The position numbers were made by a program, and so were the translations under genes. A stretch of 64,000 nucleotides of DNA, from assembly GCA_963765765.1 (NCBI GenBank), contig CAVXYC010000014.1, forward strand, positions 192,001 through 256,000. Reading direction: 5' to 3'. This stretch comes from an uncultured Chloroflexia bacterium. GTDB lineage: Bacteria > Chloroflexota > UBA6077 > JACCZL01. This document shows, piece after piece, positions 29,199-39,894 of the stretch. Under the pieces are notes generated by a model, which ran no database searches, was not told the DNA's origin, and saw only the letters and a list, made by a program, of their open reading frames with translations. Each line of letters opens with the position of its first letter. Within the stretch, counting starts at the first letter, position 1.

Positions 29199-29975
29199 AT
29201 GGCTGACCTACAACGACCAACCGAGTCCATGCTTCGATTGGAGCATGCGGTGCCGAATCTATCGCCGAAGCGCATCCGGCGAGTCTTGCGGCACGGCAAC
29301 GTGGAAGCCATGGAGATGATCCCCTGGAGCTCCAACTACACCTTTGCCGTGAAGTTGAAGCTGGAGGGCGAGCCTGAGGCGATCGCCGTCTATAAACCCA
29401 AGCGGGGTGAAACTCCGCTCTGGGACTTCCCGAGTGGCACCCTGTATCGACGCGAATACGCTGCGTATCTCGCAAGTCAGATTCTGGGCTGGCGGTTCAT
29501 CCCGTGCACTGTGGTCCGAGACGGACCATATGGTGTGGGCACCATGCAGCTCTTCGTCGATCATGATCGCAAGGCTGATTTCTTCGAGTACAAGGAGGAA
29601 TTCGCCGAGCAGCTCCAGCGCATCGCGCTCTTCGACGTGATCGCCAACAACGCTGACAGGAAGGGCGGACACTGTTTGAAGGGAAGGGACGGAAACATCT
29701 GGGGCATCGATCACGGGCTGACGTTCCATCCGCAGCCGAAACTCCGTACCGTGATCTGGCACTTTGGCGGCGAAGCCATTCCCGACTGGCTCATCCAGGA
29801 TCTGGAGCGTTTTCTAGCGGATCCTGACCGCAGCACACGGATGCGGGCTATCTTGACCGAGCTCCTGGATCCGGCAGAAGTGGATATCTTCTTCGAGCGC
29901 ATTCGGCTTGCCCTTGAGATCCGTACCTATCCCATGATCGGCAATCGTCGAAGCGTCCCCTGGCCCTGGCACTGA
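29199..29975 (+). CDS. SCO1664 family protein (PI3/4-kinase-like fold)
   Basis: SNYTF, VYKPKRGETPLWDFP.GTL..RE, NNADRKGGH, GIDHGLTF, KLRTVIW. Confidence 0.9.
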   Translation: MADLQRPTESMLRLEHAVPNLSPKRIRRVLRHGNVEAMEMIPWSSNYTFAVKLKLEGEPEAIAVYKPKRGETPLWDFPSGTLYRREYAAYLASQILGWRFIPCTVVRDGPYGVGTMQLFVDHDRKADFFEYKEEFAEQLQRIALFDVIANNADRKGGHCLKGRDGNIWGIDHGLTFHPQPKLRTVIWHFGGEAIPDWLIQDLERFLADPDRSTRMRAILTELLDPAEVDIFFERIRLALEIRTYPMIGNRRSVPWPWH

Positions 29976-30008
29976 CGCGAGTAACGAGTCAATTCTCGAT
30001 GGCCCGTC

Positions 30009-30944
30009 CTACTCATCACTCAGAAAGATAAGTGCGGCTGCGCCGGCCAGACTGGCTGAGACTCGCAGAGTGGAGATCCGCACGTCGAGGTTGCGGGTGA
30101 AGTCCAGGCGAGTGTAGCTGTCGAGAGCCTCGCGCAACGACGGCATGAACAGGTCGCCGGCCCGAGAGACGCCTCCACCAATAACCACTCGGTCCAGATC
30201 AATGAGATTCGTTGCTGATGCGATACCTTTACCCAGAGCCGAGCCGGCATCCTGAAAAAGCAAATGCGCCAGATCGTCGCCCGATAGCGCTCGGTGCAGT
30301 AAATCCGCCGCGGTGAAATCCGGGGGAAGGGTCGCTCCTTGCTTGGACCAAATGCGGCGAGCTCGCTTGACCAGAGACGTCCCTGAAGCAATGGCTTCGA
30401 TACAGCCAAGCGCGCCACAGACGCAGCGCGGGCCACGCGTGGAAACTGAAACGTGACCGAGGTGGCCCGCGTTCCCGTGGGCGCCGTGAACTAAGCGACC
30501 GTCGATGACAATTCCGCCGCCCACGCCCGTTGATACTACGATGCCAAGAAGCGATCGAGCGCCGGCGCCTCCGCCAATCCAATATTCACCCAGAGCATAG
30601 GCCTTGGCGTCATTGTCAACGATCGTGGGACGTCCATAGCGCTGCTGCAGTCGCTCGCGTAACGGAAATTCCCGCCACACGCCGATGTTCAGAGGGGAGA
30701 CCACACCCTCGGGATAGCGCATCGGCCCACCGCAACCGACGCCAATGCCAAGAATCTCAGCGGCTGCAGTGCCTGACTCCGCGAGTACCGCGTCGCAAAT
30801 TGAAATGAGCACATCAAAAAGAGCGTCACCAGCTGGAGCCCGCGTGGGCGCCTGACGTTCGTAGGCAACAGCGCCGTGCTCATCGACAATGGCAGCCGCC
30901 ATTTTGGTGCCGCCGATGTCGATTGCCAGAACCTGGTTTGCCAC
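30009..30944 (-). CDS. ROK family sugar kinase (glucokinase-like)
   Basis: IDIGGTK, DNDA, STGVGGG, GHLGH, CVCGALGCIE. Confidence 0.9.
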   Translation of the reverse strand: MANQVLAIDIGGTKMAAAIVDEHGAVAYERQAPTRAPAGDALFDVLISICDAVLAESGTAAAEILGIGVGCGGPMRYPEGVVSPLNIGVWREFPLRERLQQRYGRPTIVDNDAKAYALGEYWIGGGAGARSLLGIVVSTGVGGGIVIDGRLVHGAHGNAGHLGHVSVSTRGPRCVCGALGCIEAIASGTSLVKRARRIWSKQGATLPPDFTAADLLHRALSGDDLAHLLFQDAGSALGKGIASATNLIDLDRVVIGGGVSRAGDLFMPSLREALDSYTRLDFTRNLDVRISTLRVSASLAGAAALIFLSDE

Positions 30945-30997
30945 CGTACGTCAGGTGCTGAGCGGTCTGGAGTACGGTGATGATCGCATCCCGCCCT

Positions 30998-32461
30998 CTA
31001 CGAGCGCTTTGAAGTGGGCTCTGCCGTGGGTTGCGGCGCCGAGGCAGTCGGCGTCTTGCGCGTGGCGGTCGCCTTCGGCGTCGCGGTGTTCTTTGCTTCC
31101 TGAGCTCGCTTCTGCACGATGTCATAGCCACGAGGCGTCGGCATGGGCGTGGGCTGATTCTGGGCCGGCGCGGCCGCGGTGGGTGCAGCCGCGGTGGGCG
31201 CAGCCGCGATGGGTGCAGCAGCACCGGTCGCACCCCCAGTAGTCGTGCTGCCACTTGTTGCGCGGGGCGCCGTCGTCGTCGCTCCTGGCGCTGGCGTTAC
31301 AGGCTGCGCCGTGGCCCGGGCGGGGGCCGTGGGCTGCGGGACGGTTGCCGTTCCGGTACGTTGTCCCGTTTGATTGGTCTGCTGCTGCACCACCGCCGCC
31401 GGAATGCCAGGCTGATTGGACGCCGTGGGAGGACCATTGAAGGTGGGCGCCTTAGCGTTGGCCGGAATTCTTGGCACGGAAGCGTACGAGGGCATTGTCT
31501 CCAACGGCATTCTCAGCGGCGAAGCGTTAAATTCCGGTCGGTTGAACTGGTCAAAGGTGAGCCGGGCAATGCGGGCGATCGTCGCGTGGCCGATATCAGC
31601 GTCGCCCGCGCCCTGCGTAAGTACGGCAATTGCAAACGTTGATTTCGGCGAGAAGACCATCCCCACATCATGCGCGTAGTCTTCCCAGTTTCCAGTCTTG
31701 TTGCCCACGGGTGTGTCAGCCGGAAGAAGCGCGGGAATTCGATTTCGCACGAGCTGGCGCCGCATTAGATGGAGCATCTCCGCACTCGTTTTCTCATCGA
31801 TTGCCTTGCCCGTGGTGATCAGCTCCATAAGGCTCATCATGTCTCGCGCCGACGTTGAGAGCTGACTCCCGCCGATCGAAGTGGATTCGAGTCCCAGAGC
31901 CGCCATCTCCTGGTTGATCTGGTTCGCACCCACCAGAGTCAGCAGCATGATCGCTGAGACATTGTCACTGGCCGTGATCATGCGCTCCAGCGCTGTACCA
32001 ACCGTAATGCGAGTGCCGATGGGCCAGGCCAGGGTGCCCAGATCGTACTGAGCCATTGAGTCAGTCACTGTCATCTCAGCGTCGAAATTGATGTTCCCAA
32101 TCTGCCGTTGACGAAATATTTCGTACATTACGGGCAGCTTGAACAGGCTGGCCGCCGAGAACGATATTCGGTCGTTCATCAAGAGTGTCTGGCCAGAGCT
32201 CAAATCCTTGATTGCGATCCCGAATCGTCCATTTGATGCGGCAATCTCTTTCTGAACCGACTCAGCCAGGACAAGCATCGGATCTTGACTGTGAGAAGCG
32301 GGCTGGACGGCCGCCGGCGCAACAGACCTCTCAACGGCGGTACTGTTGGCGACCGTGGCATGAAGAGTTTCCGCAGCAGGAGAGGTCGGACGGACGCCGA
32401 CGATGATCGCCGCACCCAGAAGAAACACGCCAATGACCGCTGGCCCAATATAACGCTGCAT
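30998..32461 (-). CDS. Secreted class A beta-lactamase-like serine hydrolase with a Pro/Thr/Ala-rich tail
   Basis: AASLFK (SxxK), SDN, KTG; signal-like N-terminus from ATG 32461; AAPTA repeats at ~31173-31217. Confidence 0.85.
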   Translation of the reverse strand: MQRYIGPAVIGVFLLGAAIIVGVRPTSPAAETLHATVANSTAVERSVAPAAVQPASHSQDPMLVLAESVQKEIAASNGRFGIAIKDLSSGQTLLMNDRISFSAASLFKLPVMYEIFRQRQIGNINFDAEMTVTDSMAQYDLGTLAWPIGTRITVGTALERMITASDNVSAIMLLTLVGANQINQEMAALGLESTSIGGSQLSTSARDMMSLMELITTGKAIDEKTSAEMLHLMRRQLVRNRIPALLPADTPVGNKTGNWEDYAHDVGMVFSPKSTFAIAVLTQGAGDADIGHATIARIARLTFDQFNRPEFNASPLRMPLETMPSYASVPRIPANAKAPTFNGPPTASNQPGIPAAVVQQQTNQTGQRTGTATVPQPTAPARATAQPVTPAPGATTTAPRATSGSTTTGGATGAAAPIAAAPTAAAPTAAAPAQNQPTPMPTPRGYDIVQKRAQEAKNTATPKATATRKTPTASAPQPTAEPTSKRS

Positions 32462-32672
32462 CGGGCGCACGCCCCGAGTGGCGTGTGCGGGCCGATTGCC
32501 ATTGTGGCGGGACGGTGTTGCGAGACGACCGCGCCGTGCATAATCGCGAATGGCTTCTGTCTCCAGATGACGGGGCGAGTCCCCGTAGAGAATAGGTGCG
32601 CCGCCCATTGTAACAACTCTGTAATCAGGGGAGGCTTGCCGAGTCAGAGCAAGACTCGGCCAGACCGAAAGG

Positions 32673-33884
32673 ATGACTTACACCGTTTCACCAGCACCGC
32701 CACCGCTTGAAGGGGTACGCATCATCGCCGTGGAGCAATATGGGGCTGGGCCTTGGGCCACGATGATGCTGGCGGACCTGGGTGCCGAGATCATCAAGGT
32801 TGAGCCTCCCAGCGGCGGAGGTGACATCGGTCGCGCGGTACCTCCGTACGCCATTCCTGGCGATAGTGTGTTCTTCCAGGCCTTCAATCGAACCAAGAAG
32901 AGCATCACATTGAATCTCCAGCACGAGCAGGGACAGCAAGCTCTCCATCGGCTGGTCCTCGCATCGGATGGAGTGTTCAACAACCTCCGCGGGGACCTGC
33001 CCGCCCGACTTGGTGTGGACTACGCCTCTCTTGAATCGGTGAAGCGGTCCATCGTGTGCTGCTCACTTTCGGCCTACGGGCGCACTGGCCCACGAGCGGG
33101 TGAGCCCGGCTATGACTACGTCATGCAAGGATACGCGGGCTGGATGAGTTTGACCGGAGAACCGGGTGGGCCGCCGCAGAAATCGGGGCTGTCGCTGGTC
33201 GATCTGAGCGCTGGCGTGATGGCGAGTCTGGGGATGGTCTCCGCGATCTTGCGCGCGCGACTCACCGGTCAGGGTGGAGACGTCGACGTGAGCCTCTTTG
33301 ACGCGGCGATCGCGCAGCTCTGCTACCCCGGCGCCTGGCACCTCTCCATGGGCTACGAGCCTACCCGCACGCCCGATTCATCGCATCCATCGATGATCCC
33401 CTCGCAGGTGCTACCTACAAAAGACGGCCACATGGTGGTGATGTGCGCCAAGGAGGACTTTTATCGCCGCCTGGTCACCGTCATGGGCGCGCCCCAGCTA
33501 GCGACCGATCCACGCTTCGACTCGTATGCCCAACGGTTGAGACATCGCGACGAGCTCGTGCCGCTGTTGAAAGAATTGTCGAGTCAACGGCCGACTTCAG
33601 AATGGCTGGAGCTGCTGCGAGGTCAGATTCCCTGCGGCCCGGTGAATACCGTCCAGGAGGCGTTCGTCGACCCGCAGGTGGCACAAGATGACATGATCCT
33701 GCCCCTGGAGCATCCCGATTTCCCCACCCTACGCGTGCCGGGTGCACCAATAAAGTTCAGCGGGGAGCAAGTGCAGCACCATCGCGGCCCGCGTATGGGC
33801 GAGCACACCGACGAGATTCTCAGTGACTACGCCGGTTTTACCGACAAAGAGATTGACGGGCTACGAGCGAATGGAGCCATCTAG
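32673..33884 (+). CDS. CaiB/BaiF family III CoA-transferase
   Basis: PLEGVRI, AGP, LADLGAEIIKVE, NRTKKS, GYD, GEHT. Confidence 0.92.
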   Translation: MTYTVSPAPPPLEGVRIIAVEQYGAGPWATMMLADLGAEIIKVEPPSGGGDIGRAVPPYAIPGDSVFFQAFNRTKKSITLNLQHEQGQQALHRLVLASDGVFNNLRGDLPARLGVDYASLESVKRSIVCCSLSAYGRTGPRAGEPGYDYVMQGYAGWMSLTGEPGGPPQKSGLSLVDLSAGVMASLGMVSAILRARLTGQGGDVDVSLFDAAIAQLCYPGAWHLSMGYEPTRTPDSSHPSMIPSQVLPTKDGHMVVMCAKEDFYRRLVTVMGAPQLATDPRFDSYAQRLRHRDELVPLLKELSSQRPTSEWLELLRGQIPCGPVNTVQEAFVDPQVAQDDMILPLEHPDFPTLRVPGAPIKFSGEQVQHHRGPRMGEHTDEILSDYAGFTDKEIDGLRANGAI

Positions 33885-33887
33885 ACC

Positions 33888-33946
33888 AGTGATGAGTGAT
33901 GTGTAATGAGTGATGAGTAAGTACTTGCCGTTGATCACTCATCACT
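33888..33946. repeat. GTGATGA-family heptamer array with a partial inverted arm
   Basis: AGTGATGAGTGATGTGTAATGAGTGATGAGT ... ATCACTCATCACT between convergent genes. Confidence 0.75.
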
Positions 33947-35177
33947 CCAGATATGACATCGCCGTGAGCGCGTAGACCTCCGCCGCCTTCGGTAATGCGT
34001 CCACATGCACGAACTCATTCGGGCCGTGCGCCACGGTCAGCAGGCCGGGGCCAAAGCCGGGCAGTGTGGGGGTCCCACCCACGCCCTGAAACTCCTTCGC
34101 ATCCGTGCCACCGGGAAAGTACGTAAAGGGCGGCCGCCGGCCTAACACCGCTTCCGCGGCATCCAGCACGTGGCCGATGAGGGGCTCATCTTCCGGCACC
34201 ACTGTGGGCTGCGTGTAGAGCGCCGGGTCGCGATTGTACTCGAACTCCCAGTGCAGATCTTCGTCTTCTTTCTGAAGACCGCGGAGAAATGCTTCGGCAT
34301 CGGCGCGAATCGACTCCGGAACCATGCCGGGCGTGGTTCGAACTTCTACACCGAACTCGGCGAAGCCCGGATAGATCCCGAAGCTGACGCCGCCTCGAAC
34401 GATCATTCCCACATTGACCGTGGGGCCGTAGGGGCATAGCGGATGCTCCGGGTAGCTGGGCCGCCATTCCTTTGCCATGCGATCCAGCACCCAAGCCATC
34501 TTCTGTATGGCGTTGACCATGGGGATGCGGTCTGAAACGCTGCTGTGCCCCTGATTCCCGTAGACCTTAACCATGAAACTGCAGCCGGTACGCGAAACGA
34601 GTGGCAGCGACTCGAATGGCTCGTGGATGCTCTGCGGCTCACCGATCAGTGCGGCGTCCGCCTTGAGTCCCCTATCTCGCACAAGATAGCGGGCTCCGAA
34701 TCCGCTGCCGGTCTCTTCATCCGCGGTGAAGGCGAGGAGAACGTCACCGTTGAGCTGTTGCCCGGAGGCGGCGATCCCCGCGGTGGCGTAGATCATCGAT
34801 GCCACTGCGCCCTTCATGTCGCTCGTGCCCAGACCGAACATCTTGCCATCGCGGAACGTGGGCTCGTGTGGGTCGCTCTTCCACTCGCGGAGCTCGCCGA
34901 TGGGCCGGGTATCCAGGTGACCACTGAGCAAGAGCGTCTTCCCACCGGCGCGACCGGGCAGCCGAAAGACGATATTGGGGCGTTCGTCTTTGGACGACCA
35001 CACTTCGGCACCCTTCAATCCGAGACGGTCCATCCATTCGAGGGCCACGGCCACGGCAGCACGCTCGTCGCCGGGTGGGTTCATGCTGGGTGCGCGAACC
35101 AGCGCGGCCGTGCAGCCCACGATATCCTGCGCACGCTCACGGATGTACGCTCGAACGGCATCCTGTTCCTGGCCCAT
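33942..35177 (-). CDS. M20 family ArgE/DapE-like deacylase
   Basis: GHLDT, GTSDMKG, ADEE, GEP, GGTD, AHGPNE. Confidence 0.9.
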   Translation of the reverse strand: MGQEQDAVRAYIRERAQDIVGCTAALVRAPSMNPPGDERAAVAVALEWMDRLGLKGAEVWSSKDERPNIVFRLPGRAGGKTLLLSGHLDTRPIGELREWKSDPHEPTFRDGKMFGLGTSDMKGAVASMIYATAGIAASGQQLNGDVLLAFTADEETGSGFGARYLVRDRGLKADAALIGEPQSIHEPFESLPLVSRTGCSFMVKVYGNQGHSSVSDRIPMVNAIQKMAWVLDRMAKEWRPSYPEHPLCPYGPTVNVGMIVRGGVSFGIYPGFAEFGVEVRTTPGMVPESIRADAEAFLRGLQKEDEDLHWEFEYNRDPALYTQPTVVPEDEPLIGHVLDAAEAVLGRRPPFTYFPGGTDAKEFQGVGGTPTLPGFGPGLLTVAHGPNEFVHVDALPKAAEVYALTAMSYLE

Positions 35178-35329
35178 GGTCGACAGCCTCCTACGCCCAG
35201 CTCGGAGCCAGGATTGTAGCGCCTCAGGGACAAGGGGTCAGAGGTGGGACCTAGTGCTGAATGCACAACACAGTAACGAGAGGGCATAGTGCAAGCCACC
35301 TGCAATCCCAATCTCGCTAAGGAGTCCGT

Positions 35330-36013
35330 ATGACCACCCGCATCTCGCCCGAGCTGCTCGAGGCCCTTCGCGGCATTGATAGCGCGACAATCGCCAATGC
35401 GATCGAGACCTTCAAGGTTCGTGACCGAACCACGGGCTACATGGACATGAGTATTCGGTGTCACTTTCCCGAGATGGGTCCCCTGGTTGGCTACGCTGTC
35501 ACCGCGATCGGGGACACCATGACGCCCGGCGCTCCGCCTAACCGCGATGGCTTCTTCCTCTGGCTCGACGCCATCGCCGGAGCCGAAGGACCGACGGTCT
35601 GTGTGATCCAGGATGCCAGCCCGCATGCCTCACATTCCTGTCACTTCGGAGAGGTCATGGCGAACACCGCTCGAGCATTCGGGGTAAAGGGTCTTATCAC
35701 CAATGGTGGCGTGCGCGACGTGAATGAGGTGAAAGCGCTCGGATTCCAGTACTTCTCACCAGGTAAGGTCGTTTCCCACGGAAACAATACGTTCCGCGCC
35801 GCGGACATCCCGGTGACCGTGGGCGGTCTGACTATCCATCCCGGCGATCTGCTGCACGCGGACGTCAATGGTGTCGTGATCATCCCAATCGACATCGCCG
35901 AGAACATCCCCGACGCCGTAGAGCAACTCCGGGAAAAAGAAGGCCGCGTCATTAGTTACGTCAACAGCGGCAAGATCGATCTCGCCGCACTGAAGGACAT
36001 CTTCAGCCACTAG
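35330..36013 (+). CDS. RraA family / HMG aldolase-like protein
   Basis: GYAVT, FGEVM, TNGGVRD, PGDLLHADVNGV. Confidence 0.88.
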   Translation: MTTRISPELLEALRGIDSATIANAIETFKVRDRTTGYMDMSIRCHFPEMGPLVGYAVTAIGDTMTPGAPPNRDGFFLWLDAIAGAEGPTVCVIQDASPHASHSCHFGEVMANTARAFGVKGLITNGGVRDVNEVKALGFQYFSPGKVVSHGNNTFRAADIPVTVGGLTIHPGDLLHADVNGVVIIPIDIAENIPDAVEQLREKEGRVISYVNSGKIDLAALKDIFSH

Positions 36014-36018
36014 CCACC

Positions 36019-36092
36019 GAGTGATGAGTACATGAGTCATCGACTAGCGAATTGCAGTTGCTCATCATTTATCACTCGCTGGTCATCACTCG
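36019..36092. repeat. Degenerate GTGATGA-family inverted heptamer array
   Basis: GAGTGATGAGTACATGAGT ... CTCATCATTTATCACTC ... TCATCACTC between convergent genes. Confidence 0.65.
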
Positions 36093-36890
36093 CTAAGTCA
36101 TGACCATTCCGCCGTCCACCTGGTAGGACTGGCCGGTAATGTAGTCGGAGTCGGCGCTGGCCAGGAACACGGCCATGCCGACAAGGTCTTCAGGCGTCTC
36201 AGGCCTACCCATTGGTATCCCTACGATGCGCTGCTTCCAGGCATCGCCAGTGGGACGGCCTTCCAGCTCAGTCCACTCTCGATCGATCAGCGCCCACATC
36301 TCGGTGTCGACGACGCCCGGACAGATTGCATTCACGGTAACCTTTGGCGCCAGCCCCATCGCGGCGGACTGAGTGATGCTGACGACCGCCGCCTTGCTGG
36401 CAGCGTATGCGGCAAACATCGGGCGTCCGCCGCGCGCGGCGATGGAGGCCATGTTGATGATCTTGCCGCTCGGTCGACCCGCGACGAGCGGCTCTTGCTC
36501 CACCATCTGCCTCGCGCCCGCCTGGAGGGCAAAGAAGAGCCCCCGCGAGTTGACTGATTGTGTAAAGTCCCAATCCTCGGGAGTGACCTGGAGTAGCGGT
36601 GTTACGCGCACCACCCCGGCGTTGTTCACCATGATGTCCAGGCGACCGAGCTCTCGGGCCACCCGCTCTACCATGATCGCACTTTGATCGGGGTCCCGTA
36701 CGTCCACCCGCATCGATACGGCCCGAATGCCGAATCCACGCACTTCATCGGCGACAGACGCGGCGTTCGCCTCATCGAGGTCAACGATCACCAGATTGGC
36801 GCCTTCGGCGGCATAGCGCAATGCCATCGCTCTACCGATCCCTCGGCCGCTCCCTGTGATTAGCGCAACGCGCCCATCAAGTACACCCAT
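36093..36890 (-). CDS. Short-chain dehydrogenase (polyol/acetoin type)
   Basis: TGSGRGIG, NNAG, YAASK, CPGVVDT. Confidence 0.92.
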   Translation of the reverse strand: MGVLDGRVALITGSGRGIGRAMALRYAAEGANLVIVDLDEANAASVADEVRGFGIRAVSMRVDVRDPDQSAIMVERVARELGRLDIMVNNAGVVRVTPLLQVTPEDWDFTQSVNSRGLFFALQAGARQMVEQEPLVAGRPSGKIINMASIAARGGRPMFAAYAASKAAVVSITQSAAMGLAPKVTVNAICPGVVDTEMWALIDREWTELEGRPTGDAWKQRIVGIPMGRPETPEDLVGMAVFLASADSDYITGQSYQVDGGMVMT

Positions 36891-36929
36891 CTCAGTCTCC
36901 CGCTCAGCGCAACCTTTCAGGCAACGGCA

Positions 36930-37265
36930 TCATCCTCGAAATTGCTCTCTACCATTGCGCGCCTCCTCCCAGCTAATCGCCATGTAGTCCGCGCCAACTC
37001 TTTGAGTACGCAGAATCACCACGTTATCAAGCTGAAAGGCGCCCGTGTGCCAGGGCTCATTGCCCAGGTACTCAACGTTCACCAGAATATCGTTGCCCTT
37101 TTCCAGCTGGATGACGACGATGCCCAAATCCTGATCAGCGGCCACGATCGTGCCGTAGAAATCCGGATACTCCTGAGCGGCCGCGATATTGGGATGGAAT
37201 CCAGCGAGCGCCGCTACGAATGCGAGCATGGCCAGCAGGCGACATTGAACCAACAAACGCATCAT
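36930..37265 (-). CDS. Small secreted hypothetical protein
   Basis: GGAGG RBS; signal peptide ending AAA-Q; beta-rich body. The C-terminus may be frameshifted. Confidence 0.6.
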   Translation of the reverse strand: MMRLLVQCRLLAMLAFVAALAGFHPNIAAAQEYPDFYGTIVAADQDLGIVVIQLEKGNDILVNVEYLGNEPWHTGAFQLDNVVILRTQRVGADYMAISWEEARNGREQFRG

Positions 37266-37337
37266 CACACCTCCCAGCTCATTACATGCTTGAACTTCCG
37301 CTCGCGTCCCGAGACTCAATTAATCAGCAGGAGACGC

Positions 37338-38240
37338 CTATTGCAAACGCGGAACGACATCATTGAGCAATCGGTCGAGCTGATCGAGATCGGACGTGTA
37401 GGCGCCGATGATGAGCGTCTCCGCACCCGCGTCCAGGAATTCTTTGGCCTTCTCCACGCACGCGTCGGCCGGCCCTACCAACGAGGAGCTCAAGTCGGAG
37501 CGCTGCGGCCCGTAGTAAAAGTGAAGAAAGCTCAGCGAGGTTCGCTCGGCGCGATCGCGATCCGGGTCCACACAAGCGTAGACGAGCATGGAATTGTGAA
37601 TCGTCGAAGGATCGCGCCCGTACTCTTCGGCATAATCCATGATTTTTTGCCAGCTCGCCCGATAGCGCTCCATCCCTCCGCCAGGACTTCCAATGAAGCC
37701 ATCGCCCACGCGCGCGATGCGCCGCAACGCGGTGTCCGCTCCGCCGCCGATCCAGATCGGAATCTGCCCATTCACTGGCGGTGGACCCACCGGTCCCACG
37801 TCGTAGTCGTAAAACTTCCCTTGACTCTTTAAAGGCTCGCCGCTCCAGGCTTTGCGGAGCAAGCCGATCACCTCCTCTGACCGACCGCCGCGATGCTCCA
37901 GCTCCACGTCTGTCACGTCGAAGTCGTCCTGGCGGCTGCCGACGCCGAGGCCGAGGATAGCGCGGCCGCCGGAGACGTAGTCGAGAGTCGCAACCTGCTT
38001 GGCCAGTACGGCCGGCTTCCGCAACGGAGCTAGCAAGACGCACGTTCCAAGCTTGACTCGCGAGGTTGCCCCGGCCACTGCTGCAAGGCTCATGAGCGCT
38101 TCCGGGTTTTTCCAGACGAGGCGGTCGATGGTCCAGACTGAGTCAACCCCGGCCTGCTCCGATCGACGACCGTATTCCACAACGGTCTCAGGCTGAACGT
38201 CCTCGGTAGCCGTGGGAATACAGATCCCGATGTTTGGCAT
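37338..38240 (-). CDS. LLM-class flavin-dependent oxidoreductase
   Basis: AGATSRVKLGT, AKQVATLD..SGGR..LGLG.G, IPIWIGG. Confidence 0.9.
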   Translation of the reverse strand: MPNIGICIPTATEDVQPETVVEYGRRSEQAGVDSVWTIDRLVWKNPEALMSLAAVAGATSRVKLGTCVLLAPLRKPAVLAKQVATLDYVSGGRAILGLGVGSRQDDFDVTDVELEHRGGRSEEVIGLLRKAWSGEPLKSQGKFYDYDVGPVGPPPVNGQIPIWIGGGADTALRRIARVGDGFIGSPGGGMERYRASWQKIMDYAEEYGRDPSTIHNSMLVYACVDPDRDRAERTSLSFLHFYYGPQRSDLSSSLVGPADACVEKAKEFLDAGAETLIIGAYTSDLDQLDRLLNDVVPRLQ

Positions 38241-38349
38241 GACCTGAAGCTCCAGAATCGAATTGTCCAGAGCCTAGCGCAAGTAGGCCATGCGGGCAAA
38301 GCGGAGGCGGACCTCACTTTTGGAGTGCGGCGGTCCAAAATATCGGCGG

Positions 38350-38946
38350 CTACGTCACGCGGGTATGCACCACCAAGTTCTTTCCGCAGCGCACTTCGCG
38401 CGTTACGCGCAGCACACGGCCTATGCGCGCTACGGTGGCAGCGGTGCGCTTGTCCAGAAACATGTTGAAGCAAACAGTGCCGCCTCGATTGACCACACGC
38501 TCGAGGTGGCGCAGAAATGGCCGCCCTGAGACGCGACGGTCCACGCGCTCGCCTTGAAACAAATCGACGCAGACATAGTCGAATCCCGACTCGGTAGTCC
38601 CCAGAAACTCGTGCGCGTCGGCGTGGCAAAACTCCATCTCGACATCCGAGAGAAGCGTCGATTTCGCTAGATCCAACACGAGCGCATCTCTCTCAACGCC
38701 GACCATCGCCACATCGCCGAATCGCTGCCGAAGTAATTGCGCCACGGTACCACCGCCCAGGCCAAGCAGCAGCGCGCGTTGCGGGCGAACGTCAGGCAGC
38801 ATCTCCCACCAGTACCCATCCGGACGGTCCAATGACCGCACAGCGACCGACTGCACCACGCCGTCCACCAGTAACGCGACCCGCCCATGGTCTTCACCGA
38901 TCCGCGGAGCGATCGCAGAAGCCTCACGAGGTTGGCGTGCTACCAT
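38350..38946 (-). CDS. Spermidine-synthase-like SAM-dependent methyltransferase
   Basis: VDGVVQS, LLLGLGGGT, DAHEF, VDLF. Confidence 0.8.
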   Translation of the reverse strand: MVARQPREASAIAPRIGEDHGRVALLVDGVVQSVAVRSLDRPDGYWWEMLPDVRPQRALLLGLGGGTVAQLLRQRFGDVAMVGVERDALVLDLAKSTLLSDVEMEFCHADAHEFLGTTESGFDYVCVDLFQGERVDRRVSGRPFLRHLERVVNRGGTVCFNMFLDKRTAATVARIGRVLRVTREVRCGKNLVVHTRVT

Positions 38947-38991
38947 GCGCTCAAAGCGCCTTCAGCGGCGCTGCCAGAGACGGAGGCAACG

Positions 38992-39873
38992 GTGGAAATT
39001 CGCACGGTCGGTGTGGTGGGGTGCGGGCTGATGGGCTCAGGCATTGCCGAGGTCTGTGCACGAGCCGGCTTCAACACCATCGTACGCGAGGTCGACCATC
39101 AGTCGCTCCAACAAGGGGTAGAGCGAATCGAGCGCTCCCTCGGGACGGCCGTGCAGCGAGGAAAACTAACGCAGGGGGATCGTGACGCCGCCTGGGCACG
39201 TATCGATTCCACAACCGATCTTGGCGCGTTCTCGCGATGCGAGGTTGTCATCGAGGCGGTCATCGAGCAAATCGACGAAAAACGCCAAGTGTATCGAGCC
39301 CTCGACGCCGTGTGTCCGCCGCACACGATTCTCGCCAGCAATACCTCGTCCATCCCCATCGTTGAGCTAGCCAACAGCACCAGGCGGTCCGACAAAGTCC
39401 TGGGCGTCCATTTCATGAATCCCGCGCCGGTGATGCCACTCGTTGAGCTCGTTCGAGCGATCACAACGAGTGACGAAACGCTGGAAGCAGCTCGCGCACT
39501 GTGCGACACGCTCGGCAAAAAGGTGATCGTGGCGCAAGACCAGGCCGGGTTTATCGTGAACCTCCTTCTTGTCCCCTATCTCCTGGACGCCGCTCGGCTC
39601 TACGCGTCGGGGGGCGCATCGAAACAGGACATCGATCGCGGACTCGTTCTTGGTTGCGGTGTTCCCATGGGACCGCTGACGCTCGCCGATTTCGTTGGTT
39701 TAGACACGCTTTGCTCGATCGCCGAGATCCTCTATCAGGAATATCGCGAGCCCCGCTACTCTCCGCCCCCACTGCTACTACGGATGGTGGCCGCTGGTCG
39801 TCTCGGTCGCAAGAGCGGCCAGGGCTTCTACGATTATCGTGATGGCTCGACGGACCGCCCGCCCGCGGATTGA
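38992..39873 (+). CDS. 3-hydroxybutyryl-CoA dehydrogenase
   Basis: GCGLMGSGIA, SNTSS, HFMNP, GFIVN, PMGP, GRKSG.GFY; GTG 38992 follows GGAGG. Confidence 0.92.
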   Translation: MEIRTVGVVGCGLMGSGIAEVCARAGFNTIVREVDHQSLQQGVERIERSLGTAVQRGKLTQGDRDAAWARIDSTTDLGAFSRCEVVIEAVIEQIDEKRQVYRALDAVCPPHTILASNTSSIPIVELANSTRRSDKVLGVHFMNPAPVMPLVELVRAITTSDETLEAARALCDTLGKKVIVAQDQAGFIVNLLLVPYLLDAARLYASGGASKQDIDRGLVLGCGVPMGPLTLADFVGLDTLCSIAEILYQEYREPRYSPPPLLLRMVAAGRLGRKSGQGFYDYRDGSTDRPPAD

Positions 39874-39894
39874 TCGCCGCCGTCTAAGCTACGC

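Noticed and set aside
30998-32461. Beta-lactam resistance gene
   Set aside because: SxxK/SDN/KTG motifs are shared by many cell-wall serine hydrolases; the long P/T/A tail and the context do not indicate resistance.
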